A DNA stretch of 59,303 nt from Ignavibacteriales bacterium (GTDB lineage Bacteria > Bacteroidota > Ignavibacteria > UBA10030), in contig JACQPT010000093.1 of the NCBI GenBank assembly GCA_016207415.1, positions 1-59,303 on the forward strand. The letters run 5' to 3'. Position 1 is the stretch's first letter. Each line of letters opens with the position of its first letter. Below the pieces are notes generated by a model that was not told the DNA's origin, ran no database searches, and saw nothing but the letters and a program-made list of their open reading frames with translations. Both the position numbers and the translations under genes were made by a program. This document shows, piece after piece, positions 50,513 to 59,242 of this stretch.

Positions 50513-52366
50513 ATGAACGCTCTCCCATTTATACTCGGTGCGCTGTTGGTGATGGCTATTGCCTATCGTTACTACAGCGCGTTTCTGGCAGCAAAAGTCG
50601 TTGCGCTCGACGATAGCCGCCAAACTCCCGCGCACACCATGAACGACGGCCAGAATTACTATCCCACCAACAAATGGGTGCTTTTTGGTCATCACTTTGC
50701 TGCTATTTCTGGAGCCGGCCCCTTGATCGGCCCTGTTCTGGCGACACAATTCGGATTCTTGCCCGGATTCCTGTGGCTGCTGATCGGTGTTTGCCTGGGT
50801 GGGGCGGTCCATGACTTCATGATCCTCGCCGCATCCATCCGGAGGAAAGGAAAATCATTGGCGGAGATCGCAAGAAGCGAAATAAGCCCGTTGGCAAGCA
50901 TCATTGGCTCCGTAGCGATCCTCATCATCGTTATTATCGCTCTGGCGGGATTAGGTTTGGCAGTCGTTAATGCTTTACGGGAAAGTTCGTGGGGCACCTT
51001 TACGATAGCCATGACGATTCCCATTGCGCTTTTTGTCGGCCTGTGGATGTACAAGATTCGACCCGGGAAAATTGCAGAAGCAAGTCTCATTGGCGTCGTC
51101 GGCGTTTTCGGCGCAGTGTTCGTCGGGAGCTACATCCCTACCTCAACGCTCGCTGAATATTTTACGCTCTCGCGCGAGGGTATTATTTTTTCGATTGCAG
51201 CATACGGATTCATCGCCTCTGTCCTTCCCGTCTGGTTGTTGCTTTGTCCGCGGGACTATCTCAGCTCGTATATGAAAATCGGGACCATCGCGGCGCTTAT
51301 ACTCGGCGTTGTCATCGTTGCGCCGGAGATCAAGATGCCGGCGATAACAGAATTCATCCACGGCGGCGGCCCCATCATTCCAGGTAAGATTTTTCCGTTT
51401 GTGTTTATCACGATTGCCTGCGGAGCTATTTCCGGATTTCATGCTCTCGTCTCTTCGGGAACGACGCCAAAAATGCTCAACAAAGAATCTGACGCGCGCA
51501 TGATAGGCTATGGAGCTATGCTCATGGAAGGTGTTGTGGGGATTATATCGTTGATTGCCGCAAGCTCGCTGTTTCCAGCAGATTATTTCGCGATCAACCT
51601 TTCAGCAGAGAAATTTGCGCAACTCGGCCTCACCCCCGTCAACCTTGAGGAGCTTTCCCGCGAAGTCGGCGAGACGATTGCCGCGCGGCCGGGGGGCGCC
51701 GTTTCATTAGCCGTTGGGTTTGCACAGATCTTTGCGGGCATCCCGGGGATGAAGAGCTTGATGTCCTACTGGTATCACTTTGCCATCATGTTCGAGGCGC
51801 TTTTTATTCTCACCACAATTGACACTGGGACGAGAGTCGCGAGATTCCTCGTTCAGGAATTCGGAGGCAGGGTTTGGAAACCGTTTGAAAAAACCGACTG
51901 GATGCCCGGAACAATGATTTCGACGCTGTTGGTCGTTTTTGCCTGGGCGTATTTCATTTGGACGGGAAGCATCTCCACCATCTGGCCGATGTTTGGAACG
52001 GCAAACCAGCTGCTCGCCGGTGTCGCACTTGCGGTGGCAACGACGGCGATCATTAATTCAGGAAAAGTACGCTACGTTTGGGTGACCCTCGTTCCGATGC
52101 TGTTTGTTTCCGTCACCACTCTCACCGCCGGTTGGATCAACATTACCGACAACTTCTGGCCGCTCACAGCAAATCCCGAAACTTCCGCACAGGGATACGT
52201 CAACTCCATATTGACTGCCATCATGATGGTGTGCGCTGTGATTATCATTGTTGAGGCATTTCGAAGGTGGTATAAGGTTCTTGTGAACAAGCAGTATGCA
52301 ATTGCCGGACAGATTGTTTCCGCAACAGAGCGCGATTTCTCTCCTCCCGCTTACGGCTGCTGTTAG
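50513..52366 (+). CDS. cstA: Carbon starvation protein A (peptide/pyruvate transporter family)
   Basis: 617 aa, polytopic, with the N-terminal [35 protein letters not shown], and the [13 protein letters not shown] motif in the central region. Confidence 0.95.
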   Translation: MNALPFILGALLVMAIAYRYYSAFLAAKVVALDDSRQTPAHTMNDGQNYYPTNKWVLFGHHFAAISGAGPLIGPVLATQFGFLPGFLWLLIGVCLGGAVHDFMILAASIRRKGKSLAEIARSEISPLASIIGSVAILIIVIIALAGLGLAVVNALRESSWGTFTIAMTIPIALFVGLWMYKIRPGKIAEASLIGVVGVFGAVFVGSYIPTSTLAEYFTLSREGIIFSIAAYGFIASVLPVWLLLCPRDYLSSYMKIGTIAALILGVVIVAPEIKMPAITEFIHGGGPIIPGKIFPFVFITIACGAISGFHALVSSGTTPKMLNKESDARMIGYGAMLMEGVVGIISLIAASSLFPADYFAINLSAEKFAQLGLTPVNLEELSREVGETIAARPGGAVSLAVGFAQIFAGIPGMKSLMSYWYHFAIMFEALFILTTIDTGTRVARFLVQEFGGRVWKPFEKTDWMPGTMISTLLVVFAWAYFIWTGSISTIWPMFGTANQLLAGVALAVATTAIINSGKVRYVWVTLVPMLFVSVTTLTAGWINITDNFWPLTANPETSAQGYVNSILTAIMMVCAVIIIVEAFRRWYKVLVNKQYAIAGQIVSATERDFSPPAYGCC

Positions 52367-52639
52367 ACAGACAGAGCTTTATTGACATCTCGAAGCTGGC
52401 TCGGGTGCTTTTACGACTGACCACTTGTGTGCCCAACAGGGGGAAACTTTTATTGTACGAGGCATTCAAACTAGTTCTTCCGCGTTGACAGCAATTCCTA
52501 CTTGTGACAAAACAATACTGGTAGTTACTACAAATAAGAACTTCCAACAGTCCTAGAAATACGCCCCTCTAAAATCCGACAATTTCCTCTGTATTTGGGT
52601 GTTTGTTATATGCTGGCCGGACACTCAGATTTACCAAAT

Positions 52640-52655
52640 TGGCACGAACGTTGCA
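52640..52655 (+). promoter_or_regulatory. Sigma-54 (RpoN) promoter, TGGCACGAACGTTGCA
   Basis: Exact match to TGGCACG-N4-TTGCW with correct -24/-12 spacing. It lies 46 nt upstream of ATG 52701 and follows a ~270-nt gene-free region. Confidence 0.8.
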
Positions 52656-52700
52656 ACAAGAGCTTCCATCGCCCAATCCGGAGCTTCTCGAACGGCGTCC

Positions 52701-55169
52701 ATGTACGACCTGAACAAGATATTCCCCTGGCTGTCTATTCGCAGCAAGCTCATCATTGCCTTCACGGGGCTTTCCATCATTCCCGTTGCTTTGGTTGGCC
52801 TGCACGGTATTTTTTCGAATGTCAAAATGATGAAGGACATCGCTTACGAGAATCTCTCTCACGATGTCCACATCATTCGCAGAAACACGTCGAATTTTCT
52901 TTCGGGAGTTGACGCCGACCTTCGACTGATTCGGAACTTCTCTTCATTCCGTCGTCTCGAACTTGTTCTTGAACGTTCTCCTTTTCCTGTCGAACACCGT
53001 TCCCTTCAGCAATTGACCGATGAACTCCTTGCGTTTGCAGAGTCGAAGAACATTTATTATCAGGTCCGGCTTCTGAATGGCCAGGGGGACGAATTGTTAA
53101 GGGTTGAATCCGAGAGCTCTTCAGACCAACGTCGCGTGTATCGCTCTGCCGAACGCTCCGACCTTAACCAAAGCCGTGAAAGCTACTATTCTCTCCTTGT
53201 GGAGAATTTGCGCCAGGATGAAATTATCTTTGCCGCTGCCGAGCTTTCAGACCGAAACAACAACCGGGTTCCGGTCATTAGTTTTGCAATGCCAATAAAT
53301 GGCGCAGAGAGGCGTTTGGGAATTCTGATTGCAAATGTTTACGCGAAAGACCTCTTTCAGGCAGTGGAGGCGGGCCGGCATCTTGACGTGAAAGGCAAAG
53401 TAGTGCTCGTGAACAACGAAGGGCACTATCTCTATCATTCAGACAAGAAAAAAGAATGGAATAAGTTGCTTGCTTCCCGGGAAGAAGACAACCTCGCGCG
53501 GGATTACCCATCAGAAGTTACTGCTGCGATTCTGTCGGGAAAGGAAGGCATTTTTACAGATGCGGGCGGCGAAATTATTTCGTATGGCCCGCTCTTTTAT
53601 GAACAAAAAGCTTTGTTGAATAATGAGGGAGTTGCTGGCCTGTCGCTCCCATTCTTTGTTTTCGAGGCTCTCCACGAGGACGTGGTATTAGGTCCCGCAT
53701 GGTCGTTTGCCTGGACGTTCGGAGGTTTTCTGGTTTTGTTTCTCGGCACGTCCGTCGGGCTTGGATTGCTCGCCACGCGCCAATTCACAAGGCCCATCGC
53801 CGACCTCCAACAAGGAGCAGAGATCATTGCGCGGGGGAACTACGGCCATCGATTGGATGTGAAAACGCATGACGAGATTGAGAAGCTTGGGGAACAATTC
53901 AACCTTATGGCCCGCTCCCTTGAGGAACACGAACGTGAAATACAACGACACAGACAGGGGCTTGAAGTGCTCGTGCAACAGCGTACGCGGGAGTTGACGG
54001 AAGAGAAGACAAAACTCAAGGCAATTCTGGATAATGTTCCGAACGCGTTTGTCCTTTTAGATGAGGAATACCGCATAGTGACCGCAAGCGCCACGTTTGC
54101 GGCCGTTACAGGTCTTCAAATCCAGGACGTGAGGGGCAAGGATTGTGCCGATGTGTTTTGCAAGAATGGGTTTTGCAAAAAGTGTGTGTCGAGACAGGCG
54201 GTTTCCACCGGACGTATTGCGAGTCACATCGATATGGTCGCCAGTGATCACGGCGCAGAGCGGTTTATCGAGCACACAGCGATCCCCCTGCATGAAGACG
54301 GGCACATCAAGTCTATTCTTGAAATCATTACCGACGTAACGGAGCGCAAACGATTTGAGCAGCATCTTCTCCAAACCGAGAGGCTTATGGCCACGGGAGA
54401 AATGTCGGCTCTCATTGCACATGAATTTCGTAACTCGTTGACCTCCGTGAAGATGATTTTGCAGCTTCAGAGCGAGTCGAAAAGGCGCAATGCCTCCGAG
54501 AAAAAATCACTGACGGTGGCATTGAATTCAATTCATCACATGGAACAAATCGTGGCTGAACTGTTGAGCTTCGCAAGGCCCACACCGCTTCAATTTCAGG
54601 CGACGAATGTGACTTCGGTTATTCATGAAAGCCTCAGCTTTGTGGAACCTCATTTTATGAGACAGCGTATCCAGTTAAGCAAATCTCTTGACTCCAGCCT
54701 TCCTCTCCTGCTGCTTGATTCGCAACGGTTCAAAGAAACGTTGGTCAATATTCTTCTGAACGCCGTTCAAGCAATTGAAACCAAGCCGGAGCGGCAGAAG
54801 CAGGAAGTTGTGTCCGTCACCGCAAAAAGGACATTTTTGCGGGAAACCCTTCGTGATTTCACGTTCAACCATCTTCTTGATGGCCAAAGGACGAACAACA
54901 GGGAGGACGGTCGGGAAATTGTGCTTTTGAAAGGAAGTGAGTGCGCCGTTGTCAGTATCAGCGATTCCGGCCCGGGAATCTCAAAAGGCCTTAGGGAGCG
55001 CATTTTTGACCCATTCTTCACGACGAAAGCGAATGGAACCGGCCTTGGGTTGCCGATGGTAAAGCAGACGGTGCACGCTCACGGGGGCATCGTGAACGTG
55101 AAATGTTCGAGGGGGCAGGGAACTACGTTCAGTATCTTCTTACCTCTTTCAAATGGAGCGAGACGATGA
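52701..55169 (+). CDS. Sensor histidine kinase (TM, ~300-aa extracytoplasmic Cache-like domain, TM, HAMP, Cys-rich PAS, HisKA, HATPase)
   Basis: I chose ATG 52701 because the ORF-track start at 52599 lies upstream of the sigma-54 promoter. Two TM segments flank a large loop. HAMP is RPIADLQQGAEIIARGNYGHRL, PAS is ILDNVPNAFVLLD, the H-box is IAHEFRNSL, and the G-boxes are DSGPGI and GTGLGLPMV. Confidence 0.9.
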   Translation: MYDLNKIFPWLSIRSKLIIAFTGLSIIPVALVGLHGIFSNVKMMKDIAYENLSHDVHIIRRNTSNFLSGVDADLRLIRNFSSFRRLELVLERSPFPVEHRSLQQLTDELLAFAESKNIYYQVRLLNGQGDELLRVESESSSDQRRVYRSAERSDLNQSRESYYSLLVENLRQDEIIFAAAELSDRNNNRVPVISFAMPINGAERRLGILIANVYAKDLFQAVEAGRHLDVKGKVVLVNNEGHYLYHSDKKKEWNKLLASREEDNLARDYPSEVTAAILSGKEGIFTDAGGEIISYGPLFYEQKALLNNEGVAGLSLPFFVFEALHEDVVLGPAWSFAWTFGGFLVLFLGTSVGLGLLATRQFTRPIADLQQGAEIIARGNYGHRLDVKTHDEIEKLGEQFNLMARSLEEHEREIQRHRQGLEVLVQQRTRELTEEKTKLKAILDNVPNAFVLLDEEYRIVTASATFAAVTGLQIQDVRGKDCADVFCKNGFCKKCVSRQAVSTGRIASHIDMVASDHGAERFIEHTAIPLHEDGHIKSILEIITDVTERKRFEQHLLQTERLMATGEMSALIAHEFRNSLTSVKMILQLQSESKRRNASEKKSLTVALNSIHHMEQIVAELLSFARPTPLQFQATNVTSVIHESLSFVEPHFMRQRIQLSKSLDSSLPLLLLDSQRFKETLVNILLNAVQAIETKPERQKQEVVSVTAKRTFLRETLRDFTFNHLLDGQRTNNREDGREIVLLKGSECAVVSISDSGPGISKGLRERIFDPFFTTKANGTGLGLPMVKQTVHAHGGIVNVKCSRGQGTTFSIFLPLSNGARR

Positions 55170-56560
55170 GCCAGCCAACCGTCATGGTTGTGGATGATGA
55201 TCCCAAAATTCTCTTCGCCTTTCAAGAGGTTTTGCGAACTGAGGGATACAAGAGTGTGATGGCAAAGGATGGTGAGGAGGCACTGGGCAAAATTGCAGCC
55301 AGGAACCCCAATGTTATTTTTCTCGATGTCACCATGCCAAAGCTGGACGGCCTCGAATTGTTGAAACGGATAAAGGAAAACAAAGAACTTGCTCCCGTCA
55401 TCATAATTACGGGTTATGGAACGATGCAGACGGCGATCAAGGCGATGCAGCTCGGCGCTTTTGAGTATCTCACCAAGCCACTCGACGTGGCGAAGATCAG
55501 AGAGGTAACGCAGAAAGCCCTGGCGAGCACGCAGAGTTCGAAGATATCCGGGCATCAATCGCTCTACGTTGGAGATATGGTTGAACCGTATGAGCTGGTA
55601 GGGAGCAGTCCAACAATGCAGGAAGTGTACAAGCTGATCGGCTCTATTTCAACGACGCCGAACCATACGTCGGTGATGATCCTTGGGGAAAGCGGGTCGG
55701 GGAAAGAGCTTGTTTCGAGAACAATTCACAAAACAAGCGCGAATGCCAATCAACCTTTTGTTCCCATCAACTGCACAGCACTGCCGGAGCCGCTGCTTGA
55801 ATCTGAGCTCTTCGGCCACGAGAAAGGAGCGTTCACCGGGGCAGTTGAGCGCAAGCTCGGCAAGTTTGAAATCGCCCACACGGGAACAATCTTCCTTGAC
55901 GAAATCGGGAATCTCTCCCCTCCGCTGCAGCAAAAGCTTCTGCGTGTTTTGCAGGAACGTGAGTTTGAGCGGCTTGGTGGAAACGCGTCCATCCGCGTTG
56001 ATGCCCGCTTCATTGCTGCAACAAACCGGGACATTGCTGCCGATGTCAAAAAAGGGAGTTTTCGGGAGGATTTGTTCTTTCGGCTGAACGTTGTGACGGT
56101 GAGCCTGCCTCCGCTTCGTGAGCGCGGAGAGGACATCCCGCTGCTTGCCAACTACTTCATGAAAAAATACAATGAGCAGCTGAAGAAATATATCAAAGGT
56201 TTTTCCCATGAAGCGATGACCCTCCTCCAGAGACATTCATACCTTGGCAATGTCCGCGAGTTGGAAAATCTGATTGAGCGCGCTGTGATGTTAACAAAAG
56301 GTGAGGTGGTCCTTCCGGACTCGATTGGCGAACCGCATCCTCCGGCCCATGACAGAGTCTCTCTTCCAATCACCAGCCAGACATTCAGCAAATCGCGGAT
56401 CGATCTGCTCAATATGTTTGAACGACAGTTTGTTTCAGAGCAACTCGTCAAACACCACGGCAATGTCACGGCTGCCGCAAGAGCCTCGAAAATGACCCGC
56501 CAGAATTTTCAGCGGTTGATGACCAAGCATCGCCTTCACGCCAAGCAGTTCCGCAGCTAA
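55166..56560 (+). CDS. Sigma-54-dependent response regulator (NtrC family enhancer-binding protein)
   Basis: ATGA overlap with the kinase stop. Receiver domain (VVDDDP...FLDVTMP...LTKP), an AAA+ domain with GESGSGKE and the GAFTGA loop, and a C-terminal Fis-type HTH. Confidence 0.93.
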   Translation: MSQPTVMVVDDDPKILFAFQEVLRTEGYKSVMAKDGEEALGKIAARNPNVIFLDVTMPKLDGLELLKRIKENKELAPVIIITGYGTMQTAIKAMQLGAFEYLTKPLDVAKIREVTQKALASTQSSKISGHQSLYVGDMVEPYELVGSSPTMQEVYKLIGSISTTPNHTSVMILGESGSGKELVSRTIHKTSANANQPFVPINCTALPEPLLESELFGHEKGAFTGAVERKLGKFEIAHTGTIFLDEIGNLSPPLQQKLLRVLQEREFERLGGNASIRVDARFIAATNRDIAADVKKGSFREDLFFRLNVVTVSLPPLRERGEDIPLLANYFMKKYNEQLKKYIKGFSHEAMTLLQRHSYLGNVRELENLIERAVMLTKGEVVLPDSIGEPHPPAHDRVSLPITSQTFSKSRIDLLNMFERQFVSEQLVKHHGNVTAAARASKMTRQNFQRLMTKHRLHAKQFRS

Positions 56561-56585
56561 GCCCACAAACACGAAGTGCCAATGA

Positions 56586-56608
56586 CCGCTTTGCACACTG
56601 TAAAGCGG
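56586..56608 (+). terminator. Hairpin CCGCTTT N9 AAAGCGG after the NtrC-like gene, followed by a moderately T-rich tract
   Basis: Read directly, 26 nt after the stop codon. Confidence 0.4.
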
Positions 56609-56699
56609 CGCTTGACAGTTCTTTCGTTTTTCTCACTTCGCCTTGCGCGCGATCCCTGATTTTTCATCCTTTTGAGTATCACCCGGAATCTTCCCGTTC

Positions 56700-56715
56700 T
56701 GGTATAGCCATTGAT
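56700..56715 (+). promoter_or_regulatory. Weak sigma-54-like element TGGTATAGCCATTGAT with correct GG/TTG spacing
   Basis: The GG at -24 and TTG at -12 are correctly spaced, but -12 reads GA rather than GC. It lies 29 nt upstream of ATG 56744. Confidence 0.3.
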
Positions 56716-56743
56716 TGACATTGGCTGACCAACATGAGAGACG

Positions 56744-57121
56744 ATGCATTTCCAGCCGAAAGTCCTCGTTGTCGATGACGACATAAACATTCTGGCGGCG
56801 TTTGAAGATTTTCTGAGAAAAGAGCATTGCTACATGCTTTCAGCAATGTCCGCCGAAGAAGCTCTCAAGAAATTGAAAGACGATCGCGTGGATTTACTCG
56901 TTACCGACGTGAGATTGAAGTTCCACTCCGGGATCACATTTCTCCTGGATGTCAAAAGCAGACTGCCAAAACTTCCTGTCATCGTTGTCACAGGTTATCC
57001 TGATCTCATCACCGAACAGGACGCGAGAGCTTGTGGTGCAGATTACTTTCTCTTAAAACCGCTGGAAATTGACAGGCTGCGGAGCGCAGTCAGAAAATGC
57101 TTACACCTAAACAACAATTAG
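56744..57121 (+). CDS. Stand-alone CheY-like receiver domain protein
   Basis: 125 aa with the VLVVDDD acidic pocket, the LLVTDVRL phospho-acceptor Asp context and LLKPLE. Confidence 0.85.
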   Translation: MHFQPKVLVVDDDINILAAFEDFLRKEHCYMLSAMSAEEALKKLKDDRVDLLVTDVRLKFHSGITFLLDVKSRLPKLPVIVVTGYPDLITEQDARACGADYFLLKPLEIDRLRSAVRKCLHLNNN

Positions 57122-57175
57122 CACTTCATGTTCAAAACTGCTCCAACCCACATTCACTAATTCATCGGAGGCTGT

Positions 57176-58423
57176 ATGAATAGGATTCTGCGTCTTTTCG
57201 CCGTAACACTGATCGCGGTTGTGCTGGTGGAAGTTGGCTACGCCATACCATCGTTTTCACGGAAGTACAAGACGAGTTGCAGCACGTGTCACTACGCTGC
57301 TCCAATGCTTAACGGATTCGGAAAAGCATTCAAAAACAACGGCTATCGTTATCCTGCCGGAACCGATCCAGAGATGACAAAGGAAGAGCCTGTCAGTTTG
57401 GGCTCGGAGGGCTACAAGAAGGTGTGGCCGGAAGCTATCTGGCCGAGTGATATCCCTGGAACCAGCCCCTTGTCTATTTGGGGTATTGGACGGATCAACT
57501 ATGCAGCGATGAATGACGTAAAGTGGGAGTTTGAGTTTCCGCACGAGGTTGAAATTCTGTACGCTGGTACGATTGGCGAGAATTTCTCCTTCTTTGGCGA
57601 ACTGGAATTCGAAAACGAGGATAATCAAAACGAGATTATGTACCCGTTTGCACTCCAGTATGATTGGAGTCCCGGATTGCACATTCGAGCTGGCATGGTC
57701 CATGCCGATCCGACGCCGAACCACCTGAAACTCACGCGCAATCACTACAATATCGCAAGCTTCCGAAGTCGTAATCGCTGGAGATTCCGTGATGAACAAA
57801 TCGGCCTGGAGGTATGGGGCGCGGGCAATGGGTCGGGTGAGCGTGGAGGCTATACCTATCGAGCTGGCGTTGTCAACGGTCAAGGGATCAACGATATGAA
57901 CAAAGAGAAGGATATCTACGGCAAGGTCACTTACAAAATTGGGGGACTTGGTGAGACTGGAGGAACCGCAGGAGCAGAAAGCCAAACTTCTGAGTTCTTC
58001 ATCGATAACAGCGTCACCGTCGGCGGATTTTTCTATAAAGGCACAGCTTCCAGGGCCGGTTTCAACGATGAAGACTTTACGATCTTCGGAGGCGACGTCG
58101 ATTACTGGTATGACCGGTTTATTGTCAACGGCGCCCTCATGTTCATGAATTCCGGGATGCCAGGGATTCCCGAGAGGAAATCCATGGTGTATTATCTTCA
58201 GGGCAACCACGTCATTTACCCGTGGCTCATAGGCCTTATCCGGTATGAATGGGAAGATGCGGATACCGATCAGGACGCTGTCAAGCCCGTGAACGCCTTT
58301 ATTCCTGGTGTCACTGTCATGGCACGTGCAAACGTGAAACTTGTCCTTGAGTTCAAGATGTTCCTGGACGATGTCAACAAGAAAAACGACACGTTTACGC
58401 TGCAAATGAATTTCGGCCTGTAA
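57176..58423 (+). CDS. Outer-membrane fused monoheme cytochrome c / beta-barrel protein (Cyc2-like candidate)
   Basis: A GGAGG sequence lies 5 nt upstream. The protein has a signal peptide and a single CSTCH at residues 35-39, followed by P-M-L. The remaining ~370 aa are Gly/aromatic-rich with alternating hydrophobicity, and the C-terminus is ...LQMNFGL. Confidence 0.6.
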   Translation: MNRILRLFAVTLIAVVLVEVGYAIPSFSRKYKTSCSTCHYAAPMLNGFGKAFKNNGYRYPAGTDPEMTKEEPVSLGSEGYKKVWPEAIWPSDIPGTSPLSIWGIGRINYAAMNDVKWEFEFPHEVEILYAGTIGENFSFFGELEFENEDNQNEIMYPFALQYDWSPGLHIRAGMVHADPTPNHLKLTRNHYNIASFRSRNRWRFRDEQIGLEVWGAGNGSGERGGYTYRAGVVNGQGINDMNKEKDIYGKVTYKIGGLGETGGTAGAESQTSEFFIDNSVTVGGFFYKGTASRAGFNDEDFTIFGGDVDYWYDRFIVNGALMFMNSGMPGIPERKSMVYYLQGNHVIYPWLIGLIRYEWEDADTDQDAVKPVNAFIPGVTVMARANVKLVLEFKMFLDDVNKKNDTFTLQMNFGL

Positions 58424-58439
58424 GAAAAAAGGAGTACAC

Positions 58440-59036
58440 ATGAACAGAATCAAAATTGTCGTTTCGATTTCTCTGCTGTTCCTTCTTTCGCAGCCTCTGT
58501 TTGCGGGCGATATCAAGGGAAAAGTGAAAGCGAAAGGCGTGAAACACAGCGGTGACGCGGTGGTCTACATCGAGAAAATCGACGGCAAGACGTTCGACGT
58601 CCCGAAAGATCATGCGAAAATGGACCAGAAGAATCTGACGTTCATTCCGCATGTGTTGCCCGTTCTTGCCGGAACGACGGTGGACTACCTCAACAGTGAC
58701 GAAGTCCTTCACAATGTCTTCAGTCCTGAAACTTGCGTGGACAAGTTCAACCTCGGCACGTGGCCGAAGGGCCAGATCAGGTCGTACACATTCAAAAAGT
58801 CGGGTTGCATACCGGTGATGTTATGCAATGTGCATCCGGAGATGGAAGCCTATGTGATCGTCCTTGAGACGCCATATCACGGCGTGACCGCGAAGGACGG
58901 CACGTATGAGATCAAAGATGTGCTTCCCGGAAAGTATGAGCTGAAGATTTGGCACGAAAAACTGAAAGGCGCATCTGTGGTAGTGGAGGTTCCGGAACAT
59001 GGAGAGGTTGTTGTCAACTTTGACATCAAAAGATAA
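58440..59036 (+). CDS. Secreted cupredoxin-like protein (candidate type-1 Cu site H91/C129/H132/M135) with a C-terminal CarboxypepD_reg-like beta-sandwich
   Basis: 198 aa with a signal peptide. HNVFS followed ~38 residues later by CNVHPEM gives C-x2-H-x2-M spacing, as in the amicyanin CTPHPFM. The C-terminus is DGTYEIKDVLPGKYELKIWHEKL. Confidence 0.62.
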   Translation: MNRIKIVVSISLLFLLSQPLFAGDIKGKVKAKGVKHSGDAVVYIEKIDGKTFDVPKDHAKMDQKNLTFIPHVLPVLAGTTVDYLNSDEVLHNVFSPETCVDKFNLGTWPKGQIRSYTFKKSGCIPVMLCNVHPEMEAYVIVLETPYHGVTAKDGTYEIKDVLPGKYELKIWHEKLKGASVVVEVPEHGEVVVNFDIKR

Positions 59037-59086
59037 GGTTCATCGGAAAATCCTGCTTTTCCTGGGTGCAAATGAGGTGAGGAACG

Positions 59087-59242
59087 ATGGAGAAAGCGAT
59101 CGTAGTTCGTGGATGGGCTGTCATGGGTTTTGTTGTGGGGCTCCTGTTTTTTCTGATGCAGACAGACTCACGGGTGAGGCCCCTCAGACGTTCAAGCTTC
59201 TTATGGAACCTAGTGCACTCGTACTGGCTGCCGGCGGGCTGA
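59087..59242 (+). CDS. Possible 51-aa membrane peptide; the frame assignment is ambiguous
   Basis: The ATG is preceded by GAGGTGAGG, and one TM helix is present (WAVMGFVVGLLFFLM). A second frame is open from at least nt 59029 (first plausible starts GTG 59077 / ATG 59113) to the window end. It encodes another TM helix (SALVLAAGGLMGVSCALFALSFL), so the true gene model is unclear. Confidence 0.2.
   Translation: MEKAIVVRGWAVMGFVVGLLFFLMQTDSRVRPLRRSSFLWNLVHSYWLPAG

Noticed and set aside
52367-52639. A possible RNA gene or small ORF in the 270-nt gap after cstA.
   Set aside because: I saw no tRNA-like or conserved RNA motif and no ORF with a plausible start. The region is more simply explained as the enhancer/UAS region for the sigma-54 promoter, although I could not identify a repeated binding motif.
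57257-58516. A 419-aa minus-strand ORF spanning the whole Cyc2-like gene.
   Set aside because: It lies exactly antisense to a + strand gene that has a Shine-Dalgarno sequence, a signal peptide, CxxCH and barrel-like periodicity. The minus-strand product has no recognisable motifs and looks low in complexity. It is a typical shadow ORF.
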